Below, one piece after another: positions 30,379 through 37,780 of a stretch of 43,569 nucleotides of DNA. Below the pieces are notes generated by a model that saw only the letters and a program-made list of their open reading frames with translations, had not been told where the DNA came from and searched no databases. The translations under genes and the position numbers were made by a program. Each line of letters opens with the position of its first letter. Position 1 is the stretch's first letter. Source of the stretch: Betaproteobacteria bacterium (GTDB taxonomy: Bacteria; Pseudomonadota; Gammaproteobacteria; Burkholderiales; Usitatibacteraceae); assembly GCA_025362705.1 (NCBI GenBank), contig JANYFH010000073.1:1-43569 (forward strand). Reading direction: 5' to 3'.

Positions 30379-30404
30379 GGAAATGCCCGCCAATGCTAGA
30401 GTTT
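30379..30404 (+). repeat. Conserved 26-nt intergenic box, copy 1
   Basis: GGAAATGCCCGCCAATGCTAGAGTTT. Identical at 25/26 positions, in the same orientation, to 42955-42980. It ends 36 nt upstream of the ATG of the fused CoA-transferase gene. Confidence 0.9.
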
Positions 30405-30440
30405 GTCTATTGAGTGACCGTATATTTACTGGAGCAGCAA

Positions 30441-31790
30441 ATGAGCAAAGTATTTACAGATGCCAAGTCCGCACTCACCGGACTACTTCACGACGACATG
30501 ACCATTGCTGCCGGCGGCTTCGGCCTCTGCGGCATTCCGGAAAACTTGATCGGCGCGTTGGTGGAAAGCGGCACCAAAGGTCTCACCATCGCGGGCAACA
30601 ATGCCGGCGTCGATGATTTCGGCATGGGGCTGTTGCTGAAAACGAGGCAGGTCAAAAAAGTCATCGCCTCCTACGTGGGCGAGAACAAAGAATTCGAGCG
30701 TCAGGTATTGGCGGGCGAGCTCGATTTGCAATTAGTGCCACAAGGCACGCTCGCAGAAAAATTTCGCGCAGGTGGCGCCGGCATCCCGGGCTTTTATACG
30801 CGCACCGCGTTCGGTACCAAGCTCGCCGAAGACAAGCACACGCATAACTTCGACGGCAAAGAATACGTACTCGAAGAAGCGATCCGCGCAGATTTGGCAA
30901 TAGTGAAAGCTTGGAAGGGCGACAAAGCCGGTAATCTGGTCTATCGCAAGACCTCACGCAATTTCAATCCGATGATTGCCACCTGCGGCAAAGTTACTGT
31001 GGCCGAAGTGGAGCAATTGGTGGAAGTCGGCGAACTCGATCCGGATCAAATTCATACGCCGGGGATTTTCATCGACCGCATTATTCAGGGCGCTAAATTT
31101 GAGAAGCGCATTGAATTCCGCACCGTGACAGGTGGAGCTGCATCGAAAAAAGATTCACCGATTCGCGACCTCATGGCCAAGCGCGCGGCGCTGGAATTGC
31201 GCGATGGCTATTACGTCAATCTCGGCATCGGCATTCCGACGCTGGTGGCCAATTACATTCCCGCAGGCATCACGGTAAATCTGCAATCGGAAAATGGTTT
31301 GCTAGGCATCGGCCCGTTTCCAACCGAAGATGCGGTCGACCCGGATCTGATCAACGCGGGAAAGCAAACGATCACCACGATTGCCGGATCGAGCTTTTTT
31401 TCCAGCGCCGATTCATTCGGCATGATCCGTGGCGGCCATATCGATCTATCCATTTTGGGCGGTCTTGAAGTTGCCGAAAACGGCGACCTCGCCAACTGGA
31501 TGGTGCCAGGCAAAATGGTGAAGGGGCCGGGCGGCGCGATGGACTTGGTGTCCGGTGTGAAGCGCGTCGTGGTGCTGATGGAGCATTGCTCCAAAGACGG
31601 CGCGTCGAAGATTCTGAAATCCTGTTCGCTACCGCTGACCGGCAAAGGTGTGGTGAACCTCATCATCACCGACCTGTGCGTATTCGAAGTGAATCTGCTG
31701 GTGGGCCTCTCGCTGATTGAATTGCATCCGGGCGTTACGTTGGAAGACGTTAAAGCGAAAACAGAGGCGGCGTTTCGCGTGGCATTGTAG
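30441..31790 (+). CDS. Succinyl-CoA:3-ketoacid CoA transferase, subunits A and B fused in one polypeptide
   Basis: The N-half has GGFGLCGIPENLI, SYVGENKEFE and PQGTLAEKFRAGGAGIPGFYT (ScoA-like). The C-half has YVNLGIGIPTLVANYIP, LQSENGLLG, MIRGGHIDLSILG and GPGGAMDLV (ScoB-like with the catalytic SENG Glu). They are joined by a short Ser/Lys/Ala linker with no stop. GGAG lies 7 nt before ATG 30441. Confidence 0.88.
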   Translation: MSKVFTDAKSALTGLLHDDMTIAAGGFGLCGIPENLIGALVESGTKGLTIAGNNAGVDDFGMGLLLKTRQVKKVIASYVGENKEFERQVLAGELDLQLVPQGTLAEKFRAGGAGIPGFYTRTAFGTKLAEDKHTHNFDGKEYVLEEAIRADLAIVKAWKGDKAGNLVYRKTSRNFNPMIATCGKVTVAEVEQLVEVGELDPDQIHTPGIFIDRIIQGAKFEKRIEFRTVTGGAASKKDSPIRDLMAKRAALELRDGYYVNLGIGIPTLVANYIPAGITVNLQSENGLLGIGPFPTEDAVDPDLINAGKQTITTIAGSSFFSSADSFGMIRGGHIDLSILGGLEVAENGDLANWMVPGKMVKGPGGAMDLVSGVKRVVVLMEHCSKDGASKILKSCSLPLTGKGVVNLIITDLCVFEVNLLVGLSLIELHPGVTLEDVKAKTEAAFRVAL

Positions 31791-31880
31791 GTTGGGTTAG
31801 ACGCGCAGCGTCGTGGCCCAACAGCGGTGTCTACATTTACGGACGCATGTTGGACTACGGCTTCGCCTAACCCAACCTAC
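31787..31880. repeat. Inverted pair of REP-like units between convergent genes (probable bidirectional terminator)
   Basis: Unit A (31787-31823) reads GTAGGTTGGGTTAGACGCGCAGCGTCGTGGCCCAACA. Unit B (31849-31880), reverse-complemented, reads GTAGGTTGGGTTAGGCGAAGCCGTAGTCCAACA. The TAG stops of both flanking genes lie inside the terminal GTAG/CTAC. Confidence 0.75.
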
Positions 31881-32929
31881 CGCGGTGCTTTCAATTCTTC
31901 TGGTATCGCAAAATCAGGGTAACGCTTGCGGAACCTGGCGAGTTCATCCTCAAATTCACGTGTTCTTTCAAGCTGCTTTAATTCAAGGATACGTTTCATC
32001 CAGACATCAGGCGGTTCGTTTGCCTTGTCTGCGAGGAGTGATGGCACGGCCGGCGCTGCCGGCACCGCATAAACCGGTGGTGCCATTGCAGCATTGCCCG
32101 CCACAATTGAGGGTTTAGGTGCAGCAGCCGGTGTGGCTGCCGCCACCGATTTTTGCAGCGCCGTCGATCCGGCATCGCCCCGCGCAGCAGCCATTGATGC
32201 GGCCTGCGGCACAAGCTGTTTGATTTGCAGCGCTTCGCGTTTTGCGGTGTCTGCCGTACTTTGGCTGGCGCTTTCCTGCCTTGCAGCTGCTTCGGCAACT
32301 GGCGGCGCAGGCACAAATGGTGCGACTGTAGGGCTTGCGACTGCACGGTCCGAATCCTTCGCCACCAGGTTGCCCGATACAGCGCCACCGACTTCGTTGC
32401 GACGTCTCTCCAGATCCGGCTTGGCGGACGGCGCAACCTGATCACGTGACGCTACACTCTGCAGATCGAGCCGCACCTTTTTCTCAGCCGTACGCGCGGG
32501 TTGCGGCAAATCCGATGCGATCACCGCAGCTGGAGCAGCACTCTCAGGCGCGGGCATTGGCGGCGCCACAGGCGCTGGAATGGACAATGCCGCAGGCGGC
32601 ATGACGACTTTCGGCTTGGCCACTTCTTTGAGCGATGCGGGCGCCAGATCGGGTTGTTCATCTATCGCGATCAATCCGACCGAAACGGAGAGCACGACCA
32701 GCGCAGCGGCCGAGAGCGGCGTAGACCAGCGCGAGATCCACGATTTGTTGACCGCATGCGGTTGCGATTTCACCGCGCGCCGTGCCGCTGCGCGAATGGC
32801 GTCATCCATTGCACCAGATGGCAAGTCCATTTCAGTGTTTTTGTATGCGCCCGACATCTGCGCAAGATCGCGTTCGAACTCGTCGTGTTGACCGCCGCTG
32901 CTATCGCTATTTTTGGTGTGATCGCTCAT
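31877..32929 (-). CDS. Putative anti-sigma factor (single-pass membrane protein, Ala/Pro-rich periplasmic region)
   Basis: 350 aa. The ATG overlaps the sigma gene stop (ATGA). About 65 aa are cytoplasmic, followed by one TM (WSTPLSAAALVVLSVSVGLIAI), then a long low-complexity A/P-rich region and a C-terminal helical segment, WMKRILELKQLERTREFEDELARFRKRYPDFAIPE. The function is assigned by position only. Confidence 0.6.
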   Translation of the reverse strand: MSDHTKNSDSSGGQHDEFERDLAQMSGAYKNTEMDLPSGAMDDAIRAAARRAVKSQPHAVNKSWISRWSTPLSAAALVVLSVSVGLIAIDEQPDLAPASLKEVAKPKVVMPPAALSIPAPVAPPMPAPESAAPAAVIASDLPQPARTAEKKVRLDLQSVASRDQVAPSAKPDLERRRNEVGGAVSGNLVAKDSDRAVASPTVAPFVPAPPVAEAAARQESASQSTADTAKREALQIKQLVPQAASMAAARGDAGSTALQKSVAAATPAAAPKPSIVAGNAAMAPPVYAVPAAPAVPSLLADKANEPPDVWMKRILELKQLERTREFEDELARFRKRYPDFAIPEELKAPR

Positions 32930-33501
32930 GCGTATTCCGCCAATCCATCGCGCAGTTTAGCGACCGCGTAACGCAAGCGGCTTTTTGCAGCCTCAAACGA
33001 TACGCCCGTCGCCTGCGCAATTTCTTCGATACTTAACCCGCTCTCTTCGTAAAGCAGGAAAGCTTCACGCTGCGGTGCAGGCAGAGCGCCAAGCAAGCGC
33101 AGAATCGCGTCGCCCTGCTGGCGTGCTTCGGCCTGCACCTGCGGCTCAACTGTACGACTGGCGATGCCCTCACTGGGTTCAATTTCGCCGTCTGTGCCCT
33201 TGACTTCATACAACACCGCCTCGGCACGTGCATTGCCCCGAAAATAATCCATCAATTTATTGTGCGCGAGCGTGTACAGATACGTGCGGAACTGCGCTTC
33301 CACGCGATACCGTTCAGCCGCTTGAATCAGGCTCATCCAAACGTCCTGGAAAATTTCTTCTGCACGCTCGCGTACGCGACACTGCCGGGTAATGAAACGA
33401 AATAACGCGCCGCGATGACGCGCGTAGAGTTCGTCAAACGCCGCTGCGTCACCGGCTTGGTAACGCAGCATAAGCGTCTCATCAGTATCATCATCAGTCA
33501 T
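32926..33501 (-). CDS. RNA polymerase ECF-type sigma-70 factor
   Basis: LMLRYQAGDAAAFDELYARHRGALFRFI (region 2.1), FQDVWMSLI / RTYLYTLAHNKLMDYFR (region 2), and REAFLLYEESGLSIEEIAQATGVSFEAAKSRLRYAVAKLR (region 4 HTH). The start is ATG 33501, or GTG 33546 overlapping the upstream stop. Confidence 0.9.
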   Translation of the reverse strand: MTDDDTDETLMLRYQAGDAAAFDELYARHRGALFRFITRQCRVRERAEEIFQDVWMSLIQAAERYRVEAQFRTYLYTLAHNKLMDYFRGNARAEAVLYEVKGTDGEIEPSEGIASRTVEPQVQAEARQQGDAILRLLGALPAPQREAFLLYEESGLSIEEIAQATGVSFEAAKSRLRYAVAKLRDGLAEYA

Positions 33502-33539
33502 CCTGCCCGCGAGTTTAATCCAACCCCGGGCAAGCGCAC

Positions 33540-34385
33540 TTACCACCGGCTCGGCGGAGCAGGCACAAAATGTTGCGGGAACGGGTTTGGCTCACGCCGG
33601 GGTAAAAAAGTGTCACGGATGATGCCGCGCGCGATCAGATTTGCGCGACTGTCGTAGTAGATGGCGACGACTTCCTCGGGATTACGCGTTGCGCGCTCAA
33701 AATTCACCGCGCGGGCGTGGGATGTTTCGGTGCGCCCGTAGCCGGTGCCGATGGGACTATCCAGCGCTGGTGCGGCTGGTGCCTGCATCGATACAGACGG
33801 CGCGCCTAGTGCCTTGGCACTGGCGCTGCGTTCGGCACGATTGCTATCATCATTTTCTATGCGTCCCTGATCGCCACGTTCGGTGCTGTCCTTCTTCAAT
33901 CGTCCTTGCGGTGCGTAGTTCAACTGCACTTCATTCGCGCCCGATTCGATTTTGCGTCGATAAAGCGCGACCCCGATCACGCCCAAATTTTGCGGACGCC
34001 CGGTGCGCGGTGCGTAAGAATCGGCCAGCGTTGTGAAATAAAATGCCGCGGTGCTCGAATAGCTATTGCGCCATCCGGTCACATCGAGGCGTTTCCATTG
34101 GTCGATCACGTAGCCGCCTTGTGATGGTGCTGCCGTTTCACCAGTAACGGCATTGACGCCATCCACCGATACAACGGCGAGCACATCCTGTCCGGATTGA
34201 TTGCGCAAAACGATCTGATACTCATTGCCGGGCTTCCCCTCAACGTATGCACGACCTTCGTGCCAATACACGTCGAGCGTGCGCTGCTGGTGACGATCAA
34301 CGATGCTGAGATCGGCAATGTGGCCGATGGCAAAAGTCTCCGTAGCGGCAAAAATCAGAACTGCGCTTGCGATGATTCGTTTCAT
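33540..34385 (-). CDS. Secreted protein of unknown function
   Basis: Signal peptide MKRIIASAVLIFAATETFA. AAGGAGA lies 6 nt before ATG 34385. A beta-rich N-domain (YVEGKPGNEYQIVLRNQSGQDVLAVVSVDGVNAVTG) is followed by a charged low-complexity linker and a short C-terminal domain. I recognise no family. Confidence 0.7.
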   Translation of the reverse strand: MKRIIASAVLIFAATETFAIGHIADLSIVDRHQQRTLDVYWHEGRAYVEGKPGNEYQIVLRNQSGQDVLAVVSVDGVNAVTGETAAPSQGGYVIDQWKRLDVTGWRNSYSSTAAFYFTTLADSYAPRTGRPQNLGVIGVALYRRKIESGANEVQLNYAPQGRLKKDSTERGDQGRIENDDSNRAERSASAKALGAPSVSMQAPAAPALDSPIGTGYGRTETSHARAVNFERATRNPEEVVAIYYDSRANLIARGIIRDTFLPRREPNPFPQHFVPAPPSRW

Positions 34386-34437
34386 GATGTTCTCCTTGGT
34401 TGCTTCCAGTATTCCCTTTGGGAAAAGGGGAGGAAAT

Positions 34438-37434
34438 TCACTTCTCACTCACTTCAAACTCGCCTACGAACACCGTCTCCGCGCGGCCTTTCAACCGTAG
34501 CGTGACGATCTGCTCCTGCTGTTCAACCAAGCCGAATTTAGTTGCGAGCTTTACCTGCAATGTCGTCACGCCGGTGATGTTCTGACGGCGATCACCGAAG
34601 TAATGCGCTTCGACTTTGTACTTGCCGGGCTTGGCGCGTTTCAATGAAAATTCTTCGGGTCCGTACCCGCCGGTGAAATCGAGTGACATGCGACCACCTT
34701 GATAAGTCATCCGATGGCCGTAGAACGCCTTTTCACCATCCGGATCGGTCACCCACAAGTCGATGTCGGTATTGTCGGCGTCCCAGGTCAGGATCACGCG
34801 CAAATCCAGCGGAAGATTTTTGAGTAAACGCTGATCGATGCGGCTGGTATCGAGTTTTTCTTTTGCCGTGGCAACGATGCTGTTCAGTTCCGCCAATGTG
34901 ATCAGCTCAATTTCCGGGAAGCGTCCATGCCAGGGGCGGACAACGACTTCAACCAGTGTGTTGATCGCTTTCTGCGCCTGCTTGTCCGCTGCATACGCAA
35001 GACCAAGATCGCGATACGACTGCGGTTCTTCCGGGCTCAACACCAACACTTTCTTGAACACCGGAATCGCAATTGCGGGTTGACCTGCCTGCATCAGGCG
35101 GTAGCCGAGAATGCGCAGGATGTGGCGATTCTCCAGATCCATTTCGGCGAGATTGCTGAGTACCCGCACGCCGAGTGTGTTCAATCCCTTATCGAAAAAC
35201 AGATCGGCTGCATCGAGGTAAAACGCCGTGCTGCTGAGATAGCCGGGCTTTTCATCGAGGTAGATGCGATACATATCCGCTGCGGTCGCATCGCGCAGAC
35301 GCGCTGCATAGGGCGCATCTGGCTGCCATTTTTGCAACTGGATGCTGGCTGTAGTGATCGGCGACGCGGCGGATTTTGATGTGGTTTGCGCTGCGCCTTC
35401 TGCGGGTCTCGCCATTGCGGGCGGTGCATACACTGGCGGTGCCGTGGCCGCCGCGCTGGCCATGTTTGCACGCATCGCAGGTGTGGCGGGCGCAGCGTTC
35501 GTTACCGACTTTGCGAGTTCGCGCAATTCGGTGCGCTGATCCACACGATCCGCCGTACTGCGCTCGCTGACCTGACCGACTACGCCGGGCGCACTGATTT
35601 TCACTTCCTGTTTAAGTGCGCGATCTTTCGGAAAATCGCGATTCCACCACGCTGTCTTTTCGGCAAACAAACGCACGATGGTTTCAAGATGTGATTTGCG
35701 CTCTGCTACTCGTTGCTGCGCCGTACTCGCCAGCAGGCGTTGATAATCTGCGCGCATCTCAATGGGTGGGACGATTTCATAGCGTACGTAATCTTCAATT
35801 CGATCCAGCACGATCAGCGAGGTCTCGCGTGTCACCAAACCGAAGCTGCTACCAAGCCTGCGAATCTCCGCACGGTTGAAATCGTATGCGCCCTCCAGTT
35901 CGGCGATGCGCGTGCGCGCCCACAGCGCGGCGGCAAGACTGCCATGCGCCTGACTGTGCCTTAGCGGTAACGTGACGACCTCGGTCTTCCCGCCGGGCTG
36001 CACCATACTTACTTGCAATGTGGTTGCTGCTTCGGTGAGGATTCCGGCAATCGAAATGCGGCCCTGTTCGGGATACGGTGAGGACATCACAATTTGCTGC
36101 GCGCCGTCGGCATCGATGCCCGCTATACGCGTTACCGCGAAGGTCAGTTTGCGGGCGGCATCAGTGGACGTTTCTGCAGTGAGGTCGATAAAACGGCCCC
36201 CATTGCAATACGCCAAATATCTGAGCGCCACCGCGTCTGTCTTCACTGCAGCCGAAATCGCATACAGCGGTACGCGCAGCGCGGGGAAAGGCTGATCGCC
36301 AAAATTGCCCAGGCCATCGCTAAACATCAGGACTTCACGTACTTCGTTGTCCGGCACATACGCGCCAAGATTGGTCGCGCCGTCGTAGGCAGTGTCTTTT
36401 AGGGCATCGCGCAATTCGCGCCAACTGCCATTGGTAACAACGAAACGCGCAACCGGCTCGGCCACATCGCGTATGCGCGTGAGGCGCACTTCGCCATTAC
36501 CCATTTTCTGGAAGTACGCATCCAACAATGCCAGTTCACGCGCATGATCGCGCGTCGCGCCGCTGCCGGAGCTGTCCCAGATCAGGCTGATGAGGTTTGG
36601 AATTGCGCGCGGTGCTTCACGCGATACGAGGGAAACATCGGCATGGAAATAAGTCCTGCCGTCGAAAACCTGTGTAGTGATTTGCGGACTGTTGCTCGGG
36701 GCGATTTCTACATTGAGGATGCCACGACCTGCGAAATCAGTGCGCTGAGCTTGTGCGCGAAATCCGTCGTTGGTGCGATTAAACACGAGCGCGCCGAACG
36801 CAATCGAAGTCGTCGTCGGCGCGGGCATTTTTATAAGCGCGGCGTTAGCGACATTCACATCGACTGAAAACGTACCAACCCGCTCCGCGTATTCAATCGG
36901 CACACTGTAGACGATACGGCCCTTGTGTTCAGACAGCGTCTCGCTGATACGTAGCACTACCCGTTTTGTTCCTGATGCGGGAATCGGATAAACGCGCAAC
37001 TTGAAGTTATTGCCTTGCGTCACTTCCAGCAATCCAGGATCTATGCGACCGCGAATCACTTCCTCGAATACTGTCTGCCCGCGTGCCTTGTCTACCGGTA
37101 CCGCCTCGCGCATGGCACCGTTCACGTCCATCGCAAAGCTCGCCACGTTCTGCCCATCGAGCAACGGAAACTGCAATTCGCCTTCGAGAATACGCGCGTT
37201 CGGATTGAAGAACGTCATCTCCAATTCCGTAAACGCCAATCGCCCGCTGACCTCGCCGCGAATTCGAACCGATTGCAATTGCACAGGCAGATCGGTGCGT
37301 ACGGGAATGACCAGTCGGGGTGGAATCCAGATTTTTGGCTGAGACGGCTGCGCTTGCGCGTGCGGTATCAAGCCAAGGCATGCAGCGAAAATAGGTACTG
37401 CGAAGGAAAGTGCGCGGGGCGTAAAAAGTTTCAC
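34438..37434 (-). CDS. Exported multidomain protein: VIT-like N-domain, vWA domain with MIDAS, TPR-like helical region, DUF2135 (YfaP C-terminal)-like domain
   Basis: Signal peptide ending HAQA. VIT-like block LQSVRIRGEVSGRLAFTELEMTFFNPNARILEGELQFPL...FKLRVYPIPASGTKRVVL. vWA block LIWDSSGSGATRD (DxSxS) ...YDGATNLG...MFSDGLGN. TPR-like block YRLMQAGQPAIAIPVFKKVLVLSPEEPQSYRDLGLAYA. C-terminus LRVILTWDADNTDIDLWVTDPDGEKAFYGH...GGYGPEEF...PGKYKVEAHYFG. The start is GTG 37434 (GGAGA 5 nt upstream) or GTG 37446. Confidence 0.85.
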   Translation of the reverse strand: MKLFTPRALSFAVPIFAACLGLIPHAQAQPSQPKIWIPPRLVIPVRTDLPVQLQSVRIRGEVSGRLAFTELEMTFFNPNARILEGELQFPLLDGQNVASFAMDVNGAMREAVPVDKARGQTVFEEVIRGRIDPGLLEVTQGNNFKLRVYPIPASGTKRVVLRISETLSEHKGRIVYSVPIEYAERVGTFSVDVNVANAALIKMPAPTTTSIAFGALVFNRTNDGFRAQAQRTDFAGRGILNVEIAPSNSPQITTQVFDGRTYFHADVSLVSREAPRAIPNLISLIWDSSGSGATRDHARELALLDAYFQKMGNGEVRLTRIRDVAEPVARFVVTNGSWRELRDALKDTAYDGATNLGAYVPDNEVREVLMFSDGLGNFGDQPFPALRVPLYAISAAVKTDAVALRYLAYCNGGRFIDLTAETSTDAARKLTFAVTRIAGIDADGAQQIVMSSPYPEQGRISIAGILTEAATTLQVSMVQPGGKTEVVTLPLRHSQAHGSLAAALWARTRIAELEGAYDFNRAEIRRLGSSFGLVTRETSLIVLDRIEDYVRYEIVPPIEMRADYQRLLASTAQQRVAERKSHLETIVRLFAEKTAWWNRDFPKDRALKQEVKISAPGVVGQVSERSTADRVDQRTELRELAKSVTNAAPATPAMRANMASAAATAPPVYAPPAMARPAEGAAQTTSKSAASPITTASIQLQKWQPDAPYAARLRDATAADMYRIYLDEKPGYLSSTAFYLDAADLFFDKGLNTLGVRVLSNLAEMDLENRHILRILGYRLMQAGQPAIAIPVFKKVLVLSPEEPQSYRDLGLAYAADKQAQKAINTLVEVVVRPWHGRFPEIELITLAELNSIVATAKEKLDTSRIDQRLLKNLPLDLRVILTWDADNTDIDLWVTDPDGEKAFYGHRMTYQGGRMSLDFTGGYGPEEFSLKRAKPGKYKVEAHYFGDRRQNITGVTTLQVKLATKFGLVEQQEQIVTLRLKGRAETVFVGEFEVSEK

Positions 37435-37780
37435 GATGTTCTCCACTTTATTGAGGGGGGATACATCGTTAAACGGTGGGGTTGCGGGAAAGGGTTAAAG
37501 CAGATTGAATATTTTTTTGGGGAGGTATGCTTGCGTGGCAAGTTAGAATGGCAGCAGTAAAAAAATCGGCTATACGGATGCGACGGTCATAATCATGGTG
37601 AATACCCGTGGCCAGCGACATTCGTGGTCGTCTACGCAACTTGCGCTGGTGGTCAGTAATCGATACAAAAAGCCAGTTAGCGCGTGAGGCGGTACGCTAC
37701 GCGCCACTTACCAAAATTAGACTTGCCGTCGAATCGTCCGAATCAACAAATATTTGCACCCCGCTCAATGAGGTAACCAA

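Noticed and set aside
30376-30400. Sigma-54 promoter reading of the 26-nt box (TGG ... TGC)
   Set aside because: The GG-to-GC spacing does not fit TGGCAC-N5-TTGCW on either strand, and the leading T of TGG is not conserved in copy 2 (CGG).
31996-32971. Multiple 74-156-aa ORFs on both strands within the anti-sigma gene
   Set aside because: They are generated by the Ala/Pro-rich (GC-biased) low-complexity coding region. Only the 350-aa frame has a TM helix and ATGA coupling to the sigma gene.
34386-34448. GTG-initiated 21-aa extension of the secreted partner gene, overlapping the VIT gene stop
   Set aside because: ATG 34385 has a strong AAGGAGA RBS and yields a canonical signal peptide at the extreme N-terminus.
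37447-37600. ECF-type promoter (GAAC-N16/17-CGT) upstream of the VIT-vWA gene
   Set aside because: Only weak candidates exist, with off-consensus spacing (for example TTTAACC-N18-CGTT). This is not enough to call a promoter without knowing the sigma group consensus or a mapped TSS.
37595-37690. 31-codon ORF (MVNTRGQRHSW...) in the VIT/CDF divergent spacer
   Set aside because: It has no RBS and no recognisable peptide features. It is probably fortuitous.
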